A stretch of DNA of 64,000 nucleotides, taken from contig OX597814.1 in assembly GCA_951406725.2 (NCBI GenBank), positions 39,928,001 to 39,992,000 of the forward strand, read 5' to 3'. Under the pieces are notes generated by a model, which was not told where the DNA came from, did not search any database, and saw only the letters and a list, made by a program, of their open reading frames with translations. Source of the DNA: Octopus vulgaris. Its lineage: Eukaryota. The position numbers were made by a program, and so were the translations under genes. Of this stretch, positions 40,900-54,148 are shown in pieces (position 1 is the stretch's first letter; each line of letters begins with the position of its first letter).

Positions 40900-41550
40900 T
40901 ATGGAACAAAAACGCAAGAAAGAACAATAAAACATTGGGAAAGATAGACGATGCAATGGCGGATAGGCGAAACAAGGGTTAGAACGACAGGCAAAAGTAA
41001 AAAATAGGGGTCATTCGTGGCCTTCTTTCTTCAGTCAAGTATAACAGAAGTCCTTACTGTTGAGATAATTCGAAATGGTTGCCCCCCGAAAAACTCTAAG
41101 CTAAGAGCATTAGAGTTTTTGGTAAGAAAGTTACCTAATTTGTACGGCAACAAAGAAAAAACACGGAGAACATATTACACAAAAATAAATACAAGCAACA
41201 AGAGCATAACGACTGAGAACGAATCAAATTGAGCTGGCGTGTATGAAGGGAAAGCCTAAAGGCAAGAACGTAGGGGGTGAACATAAGAGGTGTTGGCGGT
41301 CGGCAGTCAGGCCCAGAAAGAATGATCATGGCTGGCCGGACACCGGTCACGTGGAAGGAGGAGAGAGGGGTAGGGACCCGCAGTATTGAAGGATTAGAAA
41401 AACATCAGAGACAAAGGGAAAAGTAAAAGGGAAATAAAACAGGGGGAAAAAGTGACAGTTAAAGAGAGGATCAAGAAATGTAAGAAAGAAAAGGGAAGCG
41501 AGAAAGAGTAACGAGGAAGAAAGTCTGAGGAGGACTAAAAGATGGAGTAA
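40900..41550 (-). mobile_element. Putative PLE-type terminal fragment with a partly deleted permuted-hammerhead motif (41021-41080)
   Basis: Minus strand accatttc-GA-attaT-C-tcaa[deletion]cagt-aag-GA-cttctgttat-acttga-CTGAAGA. Confidence 0.5.
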
Positions 41551-41615
41551 CAGTCGTACAAAATATAGATATACACCTACTATAAGGTGAACACAAGTGT
41601 GTACGTACGATGCTA

Positions 41616-42059
41616 TCTCTTTTACTCTTTTACTCCTTTACTTGTTTCAGTCATTTGACTGCGGCCATGCTTGAGCACCGCCTTTAGTCGGGCAAATCGA
41701 CCCCAGGACTTATTCTTTGTAAGCCGAGTACTTATTCTATCGGTCTCTTTTGCCGAACCGCTAAGTGACGGGGACGTAAACACACCAGCATCGGTTGTCA
41801 AGCAATGCTAGAGAGACAAACACAGACACACAAACATACACACACACATACATATATATATATACATATATACAACATGCTTCTTTCAGTTTCCGCCTAC
41901 AAAATCCACTCACAAGGCTTTGGTCGGCCCGAGGCTATAGCAGAAGATACTTGCCCAAGATGCATCGCAGTGGGACTGAACCCGGAACCATGTAGTTGGT
42001 TAGCAAGCTACTTACCACACAGCGACTCCTGCGCCGACTCCTGCGCCGACTCCTGCGCC
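41616..42059 (-). mobile_element. Full-length tRNA-derived SINE with CORE-like domain (resembles octopus OR2)
   Basis: A-box-like GCTGTGTGG, B-box GGTTCAGTCCC, TTGGGCAAGT CORE-like block, internal microsatellite, (AAAAGAGT)n tail. Confidence 0.9.
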
Positions 42060-42200
42060 ATCTGTATATATAAATATTAAAAAAATGGACCAAAAACGCA
42101 ATAGAAGATAATAAAGAATTCCAAGAGAAAGACGATACAAAGGCGGACTGGAGAAACAACAATTATATGGACAAGTGAAAAAAGACGAGTCATTCGTGGT

Positions 42201-42275
42201 CTTCTTTCCTCACGTCAAGTATACCAGAAGTCCTTACTATTTCAGGTTGTTACACTTGAGACATTTCGATCTGGT
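42201..42275 (-). ncRNA. Degenerate permuted-hammerhead motif in a PLE-type terminus (about 42080-42330)
   Basis: Minus strand accagatc-GA-aatgT-C-tcaagt-gtaacaacct-GAAA-tagt-aag-GA-cttctggt-at-acttga-CgTGAGGA. Confidence 0.5.
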
Positions 42276-42479
42276 TGCCCCCCAAAAAGTCCAAGCCAAG
42301 AGCATTAGACATTTTGCAAGTATGTATGATTATATAATTTGTTTCTGTTATATAGCTTTAAATACTTTGAGTTCAACAGTTCAAACCAAGTATAAATATC
42401 CACTCAGATACACACAAACGCGCATTTACACAAACGTTCGTGTGCACTGATAATGCAGGTTGTACAGCGCACTGCAACT

Positions 42480-43077
42480 GAACTTTGTATCAAGACTTTA
42501 GATTCATTGTACTACGATCTTCAGCATAAAAGCACTGAATTGCTTCATTTTATCCGTGTTCTTGTTATTTTCTCTGTACACCACATCTATATCCTTGCTT
42601 TGTGATATTTGATAGGGCAACAGAAAATATATATTTCCATTTAAATTGATGTAGAATGATGATGATTTCTGAGACAAGCGTGTGTAGTTTAAGCATTTAT
42701 CCAGACATTCTATATCACACAAGGTGCCAAAGGTTACGCACACATACATACACATAGACAGAAACACACACACATGAGCAAAGAAGGAAATACATATGTA
42801 TGTCCATTTATATAAAGACATTATTTAGATATTTTTTTACGAATGGTCAGCGACCATGAGTTATTACAGAAACTTCCCAGACTGAAGTTGAAGTGTGGAA
42901 TTTAGGAAGCTTCAAACCTGAGAGGTGGTTCGAATATTTGCAGAAGGAAAAACGCCTCCAATTTCACCTAAGGGCGACCTTGTATTGTTAAACCGAATCA
43001 CCGATTTCAGTTGTTAATATGTGTGTGAGTGTCTGAGTCTCCGCGCGCGTGTGTGTGTGTGTGTGTGTGTATGTGTG

Positions 43078-43110
<33 letters not shown>

Positions 43111-43615
43111 GTGTGTGTGTGTGTATGTGTGTGTGTGTGTGTGGTGTGTCTGTATATGTAGTACTGCACAAAATGAAACTGCTGGTCTGCACTGTAACAT
43201 ATACGTGTAGAGTTTATTTTACACTATATTGCTTTATGCTATGCTGTGGATACTTTGACAGGAGCATATGCAGGTAGCGTGAAATCAGTTTTTCTTTTCA
43301 TTTTCCCGTGTTATTGTTACTATTCTTCTTGAAAGCAAAATAATCGATCGAGTCTTCCTCATTCATCTTTGTGTAACTTCAACAATTTTTCTACTTATGT
43401 TCTGAATTTCTCCTTTGTATCTGCTTCTATTATATTTTCTCCGTAAACCCCGCCTATACTCCTGCTTTGTGATATTCGTCAGCGCACCGGATATATTTCC
43501 ATTTGAACAAGGATACATTCACAGATGTACAATGATGTTGATTTCTGATACAAGCTTGTATAGTTAAACATTTCTCTTCACATACATTTTATAACACACA
43601 AAGAACCAAAAATAA
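42480..43615 (-). mobile_element. Two diverged copies (about 42480-42740 and 43330-43615) of a degraded element, probably a mariner 5' end
   Basis: Shared ATATATTTCCATTT, GATTTCTGA.ACAAGC and TGCTTTGTGATATT; minus-strand VYGEN/VYREN resembles mariner N-terminal VYGEN. Confidence 0.45.
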
Positions 43616-45823
43616 CAATAGCTACTGCTGAGCATTCGAGATATTATCAAATTTACACATAAAAGAATTTCATATTCTCATATTCCTACACACGTAATCT
43701 GTTATTAAATTCAAACGTACACGAACATCTCTCAATTGATGTTTTACCGTACAAAACCTGTATATACAGTGAAACATGATCAGTCATATATGCGAGCATA
43801 ATGCCAGATATTTCTATATCACCTGATACAACGAATGTTTATCTCGACCCAGAGAGGAAATATTTATTGAATCAAACGTTACGCTGGAAATAGTAGCCAA
43901 TCTCACTTAATATGTATTCTATTTCGTTGATGTTTCTCCACTCTTTTCACTAAGAACTTTGGCATATTCCTCATGAACGAAAGATGTCCACAAGGAAAAA
44001 TTCTTCTGGATCATTCTCCAATAACCTGTTTAGTGCTTCTCACTTTTATTACGTATAATGCAATTCATAAGCGGCAGAATGCAAAATGGTAAAAGTACAC
44101 CACATTCCCCATCTAATCCATGCGGTATACAGAGCGAGATGTAGCTCTCACACGGATGGCTACAGTCTAATAACCCAAACAATAAAATATTTTTTAAATG
44201 GTATGTATGTAAGTGTATTGTGTGTGTGTGTGTATGTGTGTGTGTGTGTATGAAGGCTACTATTGGTTTCATGTTAAGAAAATATCTTAACCCTTTTTGT
44301 AGCTGATCACATCGAGAAATAAGTTCTGGTCTCCACTTTGGATTAATGCTTCAACTGCGTATGCATGCAAAATTGTCCTTTATGTACACATTCTATGGAC
44401 AACCGATAATTGATAAAATTAGATTGGTATGGTCATTTAAAAGTAAATACACATAATAAATTCATTTGCAGCTTATGAATCAGGATACCGGTTCCGTTTA
44501 GGGAGCTGACCATATTTAATGTAAACAAAAAGCAGGTAAGTCACTGGAGATGAAGTAAATTAGTTTGATGAAAGAAAAGAAAATTGAGAGTTTAAAAATA
44601 CATATCAAAATCTATGATAACAATTATAATATATATCAATTCAGTAGGGAACAGATAGTTGGAGATATAAGGAATAAAACAAGGTTTAATTTTGGACAAC
44701 AGCTACTGTCAAATAGGTTCAAAGGGTCAAATAGGCTTTAAATGCATTCTATCTCAATAAACTGTTTTGAAATCAACATGCCTAGCCACATGCTGATACC
44801 AAAAAAGTATGGAAAAAGGTATTTATATGGCTCAAACACAACCATATACATAGCACCCAGACGGACATTAGTACACAGACGAACATGCACATAAGCACAC
44901 ATACATACATTACTGTATAGATACACTATCTTAGAAAGATACCTGTATAGACACATTCAGCCATAATAAAACGGAATTTAGTGGTAGAAAACTATTCACC
45001 TGTCATACCTCCTGACATTTTATGTTCTATACATCTAAATAGCAAATATTTTCTCATAATACTGAGCTATATAATTATTTTAATAACAGGATTCAAATAC
45101 TCCATATAATAACTATTGTCTAATTCGTTTTCATCACATCTTACGATCCTGAAATGAATATTCCATGAAGATTGATGTAACAACGTAGGAATACTTGAAT
45201 TCTGAATAATTTTAAATTTTAGTGCGGCACCTTTATATTTACGAATTTCTATTTAAAATACCTACATTTTAAAATCATTCATTAATTGCACTCACGTTAA
45301 TGCATCTATATATATCTTTATACACAAAATTTGAACAATTAAATGAAGTACGTGTTTGATCAAGCAATACATAATTTTTACCTGTGTATTCTAGCAGGCA
45401 ATGTGAATTAATTTAAGAAAAGAAAACAATATTTTAAGCTGTTTTAAGTCAAATCAAGAGAAGTTGCTCTCTTGAAACGCTGTGTTAATAGGTATAATAT
45501 TTATTTACAATTTTCAAATTTTGAAGTTGTAAATTTTACATTGAATTTTTTTTACATTTGTTAGCAAGTTTATCATTGTAGTAGTTTCCTTTGTAACCAG
45601 ATTTATCTATCTTAACTTCAAAGCTAGCAGCAATGTGTAATCCGTATGAATTTTATGGGAACACAACTATAAAACGCTTATTTATGTCATTAAGTGACAT
45701 GACAATTTATTATGCTTCTAAAATCAAGTGACTTTATTTATTTCAGGCTTTAGAGTTACGTTGTATTCCGCGTAAGCATAGGCAAGTAAAAGAAAAAGGA
45801 ATTCTAATACACATTAAAGAGAA

Positions 45824-45883
<60 letters not shown>

Positions 45884-46019
45884 GAGAGAGATAGAGAGAT
45901 AGATAAATAGATAGATAGATAGATATGAAACTAATGTTTTCATCATTTCTTCGGTTCATCGACTGGATATTCTATAAATAATATTACAATATTTATGTAC
46001 ATAATTTATATTGGTCGGA

Positions 46020-46600
46020 TTGTTGTCCTCATCTTCATTGTTTCCTTCACTACTTTTTGGTTATTGTACAGCTCCACCCTTCTTCAGGTTTCTTGTATCG
46101 AACTCGGTTGTATCGTAATTTCAGATCTAACCCTTTATATGTTTGAGGAGGTTATGCTGTTTTAATTCCGTTCAGTTCATTTTATGACATTTTTTGACCC
46201 AGTTGACTTTTTGTGAATTCATCTTAGCGTGTTACTTGACGATTGAGCTGAAAACTTCTAGTTGACCGCTTTATATCAACCAAAGTCTTATCCATTACAC
46301 AATACCCGTAAGCAATGACTGAATGAATTTTAAGGACTATAGGCCCAATACCTATATTCTCTATCATTATTATATTATTATAATGGAAATTTGCCTTGAG
46401 TTTCTGTGTCCCATATTGTATTCATCCCTGCATTTGGCCTCCTTACGAGGTTCTTATATTTCATCATATGCACTGCTTCCTTAAATTTTCTAATTTTCCG
46501 GTGGTGCCCTCTAACTATTAGGTGGGCATCATCTCTCAGGTATTTGTAATATCCATTTTCTCTCCATACGTGATCGGCTATACTTGACATTTCAATATTA
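46020..46600 (-). mobile_element. Penelope-like element 3' end (GIY-YIG C-terminus plus pseudo-LTR)
   Basis: SSIADHVWRENG...HHRKIRKFKEAVHM...GMNTIW; degenerate CTGAAGAAGG hammerhead start near 46087. Confidence 0.75.
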
Positions 46601-46799
46601 GGAAATTACTGAGGATAGTATTCAGGACAGTATTCAAGAATAATTGAACACTTCGCAGATATCTCATCTGAGTGAAGCCTCTCATGGAAAAGAATATGAT
46701 AAAGAATGTGTGTACTCCATCCTATGTATCTGCTATAAAGTATACAAAGGAGAGACATTCCGCCTCTTTAAAGTAAGAGTAAATTGACTTTGGAAAGCT

Positions 46800-47000
46800 G
46801 TGACATAAGGGTATATTGAATACTCGGGTAGATTCGATCACGCATGGAGAGAAAACGGGGACCACCAACCCCTGTGACACGATTTCATAATAACAGACAG
46901 CATCACTGGAAATGTAGGAAACATAAGGAAGCAACGCATAAGGCCTAAATAGGACAAGTGCAGGAATGAATACAATATGGGAACCAGTACTTAAGAAAAG
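46800..47000 (+). mobile_element. Penelope-like GIY-YIG C-terminal remnant, opposite orientation
   Basis: DHAWRENGDHQPL, HHWKCRKHKEA, AGMNTIWEPVLK. Confidence 0.7.
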
Positions 47001-47016
47001 GGCAGATTTCTACAAT

Positions 47017-47025
47017 AATAATGAC

Positions 47026-47068
<43 letters not shown>

Positions 47069-47093
47069 CGGATAATAATAATAATAAAAAAGG

Positions 47094-47123
<30 letters not shown>
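47017..47123. repeat. (AAT)n microsatellite
   Basis: Direct inspection. Confidence 0.95.
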
Positions 47124-47128
<5 letters not shown>

Positions 47129-47156
47129 AGGATACATAAACATTATGTTTATAAGC

Positions 47157-47245
47157 TGCTGTCATAGCATAGTGGATAAATGCATTAGCGAATGCTGTGC
47201 AGTCGCCTAGAGACTCTGGGTTCAATCTCAAATCAAGGCAGACGA
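47157..47245 (+). mobile_element. tRNA-like SINE head or tRNA pseudogene
   Basis: A-box-like TAGCATAGTGG and B-box-like GGTTCAATCTC at Pol III spacing; no clean cloverleaf. Confidence 0.4.
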
Positions 47246-49714
47246 TGAATCCACAACATTAACTGAAACTAGAAATGTCAGGAAATGCGCGCACAATAGA
47301 ATGAAAACAAGTTTCAAAGAAGACTTGTCATACATTCATGATGACCCCAAACACGTTTGTCGTCAGAAACTCAGCTCTTGCATTATTCTAGCATTAAGTG
47401 GAAGGTTGCGAGAAATAGAACACAACAAAAGCAATTACTATATTATCAATGAACCCTACACAAGCTCAACGGGTAATTAGCAAAACGTGCGGTTGAGAAA
47501 CACTAAGAGACGTCAGGATGAGATTAATTTCATAAGTGGGGGAGTATAAGCAATCTACTCAGTGCATCTACTCAAAGCATACACGGGAAAAAAACTTAAC
47601 ATTGATAAAGCATCTTCATTAGACATGTATTCAATGCGATTATAGAAGAAGAACAAGCTTATCGTGATTTTTCCCGTTGTATGCGGTATATATTTGTTAA
47701 TAATTTTTGAGTGGAGTTACAATAATTTGAATTCCAGAATGGAAAGCCTTTAAGGTACTTGGTAAAACATTTCTTGCTACATCTGAAATAAATCTACTGT
47801 TACAGAGAAACTTTAAATATTGAACGAAATACGTGTATCGGCATCTAAGACACTTGGTTTAGAACATAAATGGCGCTACTTCTGATATCGGAATATCGAT
47901 GATTCCCAAGATAAAAAGAGAAAATCAACTCATATCTGCTTTAGTAAAATGCTAAAACTCGTGACGAAACTAGCGTTAGACATAAGTGAGGCAAGGAAGA
48001 CAACAACATGTCAGTTCACTTAAATATACGAACTCTAGCATTGGTAAATAGTCATACAAGAAAAAGAAACCATCTTGCTTTGCAAAAGATAGGTATGTTT
48101 GACATCAGCGAACATAAACGTATTGGTTAGTTTCGAGAGACGATGAAAAGTAATAGAATTTGATATATGGAAGTCGATACTTTCGCAGTAGAAACCATGG
48201 CGGAATATGCATCAGACAGAAGAATTTGAATTTGAAGACAGAAAATACAGATATTGAAGGTAGTGTCAACAAATAATGGTAAAAGTGTTGGATAGATCGC
48301 TATGGATATACATATTGAATTTGCCATTAGAGAGAGCAAAACTAGTGAAGCTTTGCGAGGTGAAATGAATGAAGAGTGACTAAAATTTTAGAGGGGATTT
48401 GTGAATTTATAATGTGGACAAAAGTTTGGAGGCGTTTAAACTGCACTAATTTGGAAGGGGAGTATTGAGAAATCGATATGGAACGCCGAGTACTACAATA
48501 TGTTCCAAAACAGATTTCACAACTGGATATTGATTAGGAAAGAAACTTTGAATAACATGAGAAAAAAGCGGAGACGAAACTGACTGTGCCTAGATAAGAA
48601 AAACATGGTTAGATGCTGATATCAATAAACTCTGTAGCATAAATCCTGATGCACTGAGCAATTAAGGTACAGCAACAAAGGAAAGAAGATAAGAGTCGAC
48701 AGCGTCAACGAATTAAAAGCTAAAGGCTCCAAGATGGCAATGAAGGAAATTCATCAAAATATTTCTACTAAGGAAAATCACGGTTGACTACGCATGTTTG
48801 AAGGAAAATTCTATTTGAAGAAAACCATCCAATTATATCTAAAAATAACACAAATCTCCATAAAATAAACTATAGTTTATAAAGGGTTATATCCCTCAAA
48901 CGGTTTATTTCTAAATTGATATTTAGGATGTCCAGCACTAGCACAGTTCTCACACCTGTTAAATTGAAGAAACCTGGAATGCAGGGGATACAATATTGCC
49001 TAATCATGTGGAAATAAAGTAACAAAAATTTCAGAGTAAAAGAGTTGTGGAACAATTACCAAATTTCTTGTTTCAGTCTACTGTGAAAGCTTATAACTGC
49101 AATAGTCACCGGGCAGACATAAGTAACGACTTCCAATTTAACTGTTGCCGGCGTAGCAAAAGATATACTGACAACTGCCGTACAGAAAAAAAAAAATATC
49201 AATTCTCTCAAACTTCTGTATTTAGTTAATCAAGTAGTCAGTACATAACAACTGTAATAATAAGACTGACACGGCAACATAACACTCTGGAATCAAACTG
49301 AGAACATGACCATGCTGCATAAATTTGCTCTAAGCAAAGTTATTACAAATCGTATGTACTCTATAGACGGGGCCTCAACATGGCCACAACCTTTGGGCTG
49401 AAACGCATAAAAGAATAAAAGAATTACCTGTATCAATATCATTCAGAAAATGCACTGTATAAGTTACACAAAACACCAAAAAGTTTTTAAAGATATCATA
49501 AGTGAAACAATACAACTAAAGATTTTTTTTAATCCACACTCCAACAATTATTGAAACAAAATCCCTGCAATATTATCCGCAGTAGTGGCTTCGTCGCCAG
49601 AGGTGATGTCTCTCTAAACTCTCTCTCTCCCTCTCTCTCTTTATCTATATCTCTCTTTCTCTCTGTCCACACACACACGCATACATTCATACATACATAT
49701 ATATACACAGGATT

Positions 49715-50065
49715 CCCATCTGGTTTCATACGATGTAATAAACTTCCACACCTCGATTCCTCACGAAAACGGTATAGAAGTGATACAATTCTGACTGGTA
49801 AATTCCTAAATGACATTACTGACCGAATCGGAAGTGGATTCATCATTGAGGGATTAAAATTTATCCTAGTGAATAACCTTAACTTCAATAAGAACAACTA
49901 CAAGCATTAATCTGACAGTGAAATGGGAACGAGTGTAGCCCCTACTTCTGCTAACCTTGTTGTGGCATACTTGGAAGCCCAAATATTCGAATACGCTAGA
50001 TTAAAATTCAGAGACAACTACCCAACCTACTTACTGGCCAACTGGAAACGCTATCAAGATGATAC
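49715..50065 (+). mobile_element. Penelope-like reverse transcriptase remnant
   Basis: LVSYDVINFHTSIPHENGIE, GLKFILVNN, MGTSVAPTSANLVVAYLE, WKRYQDD (RT motifs 3-5 of PLE type). Confidence 0.88.
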
Positions 50066-50369
50066 AAAAGAAATTAATATTTTACCAGAAACTGCCACAA
50101 AAGCAATAAAAAAGTACTTAGATTGCAGTTAGTGTACCATTGATAATCTCACTCAGAAATAAATGTGTTTCATCAACAGCAGACAAACAAAGAGAAAAGT
50201 ACGAAAAAATATACCTAACCAATAGAAAACAAAATTACAATACAAGTTCAAATTCACACTTAACAGCAACCATAATAAGAATTCCATTCGCAGCATATTA
50301 ATCATGAAATAATAAAACAACATATTTATTCTGTCATAATAAATGGAAAGTTTGTATATTTGTTATTTT

Positions 50370-51030
50370 TTTACTTTATCTCCTCCAAGACTATTCAACA
50401 GACTTTGATGAAATTTGACATGTGTGTGTGTGGTGGGGTAGTTACCTCCAAACGGTCACTTACGCATTTGGAATTTTAAAAAAATGATTTTTAATCAGCA
50501 TCGATTTTTCAAAAATCGTAAAATTTGGGCATTTTTCGCAGCAGCCATCGTGACATGAATTTGACGAAATGTACCAAAATTTGCTGAAAAATGTGTCATG
50601 GGTATAAACAAACAGCTTATTAACGATAATCTATTTAGCCTTTGCTAATTCTCAATTTCAATGCGAATTGTTTTGATTTGCTAAAACTTATTATTTTAAT
50701 TCGTTGTTTTAGTTCCCCAACGTTTCAGGTTTGATTAGGTAAGACCATTTTATTTCTCAAGAAAATTTAGGCATTTTGTGCACTAGTTATCGTGACAATA
50801 ATTTGACGATGTCTGCCCCAAAGCGTAAAATTTCGAAAGTTTACGCACATGTGCAAAAATGACGACAGCGAGTTCGCTAAAGACTTTGCTCATGTTTTCG
50901 TCAAATTGGTCCTGCCCATTTATATAGGTATTAATTTTTGGAAGAATATCGAAATTTGGCGAAAAATGTTTCATTACTATAAACAGACATGTTATTAACG
51001 GTAATTTTTTTTACCGGTTCCTCAGCTAGT
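50370..51030 (+). mobile_element. Possible non-autonomous Helitron-like element
   Basis: Ends with short hairpin CGGTAA..TTACCG followed by CTAG|T; internal imperfect direct repeat (about 50578 and 50951). Confidence 0.3.
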
Positions 51031-53459
51031 CCCATAATAATGAAACATTCGTAGTTTTATGTATTACAAAATATTTGTCAGGTATATTTGCCATCTCAAT
51101 ATGGCTAACCACTAAGGGTGGGTGTTACTGTAGCTTGTAGCCCAGGAAAACATCTCCTCCAGTTGGCTTTAGGCACACTTTATGTGCCCTAAGGAATTTG
51201 CAAAGGGAGGTCGTCTCTGTAAAATAGATAGTTAAGCAAATACTAAAAAACGCATACCTGAAAGAATAAGTAGATACAACATACATTCGCTGTTATAAAT
51301 GAGTAAATAAATTAATAAGAAACAGCGTTTCAGATGTGAAAATTGTCGTAAATTTGAATTAAATATTTGGAGTAAGAAGCACTTATTGCACGGAGAAAAA
51401 ATTACTTTGACATACATTAAAAACTTATTACATATTCAGGTCATGTTCTGAAAAGCTATGTATTTAATCAGCAGCGTCGAAATACACTGCATTAAGTTAA
51501 ACTGTTTAATAGTAAAGTATCATTAAGAAATTTCTTTATGCATATTCATGTTTCCGTGTATTAAATCTATTGTATTATTCATTATATATTAAGATATATA
51601 TTCAAAAAGAGATAAAATGGAATAAAAAGAAAAATGAAAAAGAGCATTATATATGATTTGATTTATTTGTCTTTAAAGATTATTTAAATTGTCTAAAAAT
51701 GAATAAATTAGAAAATATATTTGTTAAGTTGATGGCTTTACTCCGAGGAATAAATTTATCTAAGTATAATCAATCAATTTATGGCTTTAAGCATTACTCT
51801 GTAAAATATTATCGCCATTCTAATACATTTTTTCATGGTTTTAGGAAAACCACCCGAGTCTCATCAAATTATTGCGATTTATTTTCTGCTGCAATATCTA
51901 CAAATATAAATATATACTGGCGTGCAAGCCATCAGTGAGAGAGAATTATACAGGATTAAATTCCTAGAGAACTAGCATTGTAGAGGCCCGTCCGGTTGGA
52001 TTTTTGCCAGAAGCCGTCTAATAGTTTACGAAAGGAAGAAAGACGAGTGTTCTGTGAAAAGCGCGGGTGGCAATTGAAAATATGATTCTGAGTTGCCTTC
52101 TTGGATCGCTAGAATAAGGAGGCTGATGAGACACAACATAGCAGCTGATGTTTTCCGATCTATGTAGTATTGTTTGTTTGCTACTGTAGTACAGTTAGGT
52201 GTAAATACTCGTACTATATGATTCTATGCACTTGACTCGTTTGGGTGGTAGTTGGACAACCCTAATTTTCATTTACGAACATGTCTATCTCGGAATGGTT
52301 TAACGCCTAACATTATTTAGCGCAATACTAAATATTTAGACGAGTTAGTGTGCCACTTAATGGAAGTTGAGGGAGGTATTACATTGTATGTAGACATTTT
52401 CTTCACATTATAGATTATTCTCGGTAAAATGTCAGAGCTTCATGCAAAGTTGAAAGTGTAAAATCTTGTACGGTATTGAATACTCAAGTGTATCCAACTC
52501 CCAGTAATAATTTGTATGACAGGTGTGCGAGTGAGTAAACTATATAATTGTGTATCCACGATTAAATACTAAAGTTCATTATATATAAAAATCTTATTAG
52601 AAGCGTGAAATGCTTGAATATAATTTAAGCTACCTGAAGTCATATATAAAATTAATATAAATTGTATGTGAATATTTGAATTACTAGGGAATTATTTACT
52701 TCAATTTTTACATTTGAAGCTTAATAAAATAATACCCCATGTTGTGTAAAGTATATTAATCTAAATAATTGTAAACAAATACTAAAAGTAGTACAATTCT
52801 CCCTCATCATGAAAAATATTATTAGCAGATGCAATATATTATTTAACTAGAAGAATTATGGGGGTGTCGAAACAAGAGCATGTTGCGTGACTTTTAAATT
52901 TTTTAATACCCTATGTTATTTATGCGATAAGTTTTAAGAGTTATTTCTGAGTAGACAAAAAATTAATCGTGGTGTGTTGCGCTGGTCTGATTCTTAATAT
53001 CTTCGAAGACAAATTTATTTTTAATCTTTTAGTGATCAATAAGGCACATGTTTTAACGGTAACTCGGCGGAAATGATGGAGTGAAGGACTTGATGCGCTC
53101 TGATAACAGCTCTTTGTTTCAGCATTGTGCACGTAATGTCTACTGATTATGCGGCTAAGTTGTATGCATTTTGATTTCCCTTGGACAGCAATATTAATAG
53201 GGGGAATACATTTTCGTGATAGTCTAAAAATGAAGAAATAAATGTCCATAACTACGCATACGCGAGCACCATCGAAATAGAAAATATTGAATTTTAGAAT
53301 ACTTTCGTGACATTATGAAATTCAGAAATTATTATACATACATGACGTAACTGAAGAGTAATTTAATGATGATTTCCATATATCGTGAAGCGTATCGTGG
53401 AGTATCAAAAAAACAAACATGATAAACTCATACATATATTCACATCAATCAATATACCT

Positions 53460-53540
53460 ATAATACCAGATTGTTGTAGTACTCTGTGTTCATCAGAACT
53501 ACAGCACCTCCTATGTCTGCTTCTCTATTTGTTAGTGATG
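53460..53540 (-). mobile_element. Short Penelope-like ORF remnant
   Basis: READIGGAVVLMNTEYY (compare ADKGGAVVIM). Confidence 0.55.
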
Positions 53541-54148
53541 TAGTCCAGATGGACACACAGTAATACAAAAACATGTATCACCCATGATAGAAAATGATAC
53601 ATTCTACGAAAGATTTTTACCTCAATACTCCTTTATTAAATACCAGTATATACAAATTGATCAATATTCATTGATACCATCTGATTAGTTTGTATTTAAG
53701 TTTATAATATGTATAAATATTAAACTATTTCTGGATAAGTTTCTTTTCCTCCCTCCCTCTATTGTGGTAAAGATTTGGTATATACACAAAAGTATTCTGA
53801 AAACATTTTATCCTTTTTGTTATAATTCTTCTTAATAATCATCTGAATAACCCAAACTTTAACTTTATACAATATAGCAGTATTGCTTAAAATATTTAAC
53901 TATAGTACTGCATGAAAAGATGTCCCCTGTTTCATTATCAATGGTCTGCTAGTGGACAGTCCCCTTAATTTTCAGCTAACATCTTGATTTAAGTTTTCTT
54001 TTGCCAAATCCCATGATACTGCTTCGAATAAATGTTCATGTTTATGACAATATCCACTATGATTTCTGTCGACTCCCTCAGCTCTACCCAAGGATTTGAT
54101 AAAACTAGTCTATAAATTAAAATTGCTAATTCACCAAAAAGAAAAGAA

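Noticed and set aside
42504-43640. Apparent EGF-like Cys pattern (FGTLCDIECLDKCLNYT) in two copies
   Set aside because: Frames are not conserved between the copies, and the downstream VYGEN-like text fits a decayed mariner 5' end better; not fully excluded.
47157-47245. Functional tRNA gene
   Set aside because: A and B boxes only; no acceptor stem or proper cloverleaf found.
47300-47370. CTGACGA...GAAAC on the minus strand as a hammerhead (a CTGACGA also occurs near 63365)
   Set aside because: Could not build convincing stems I and III.
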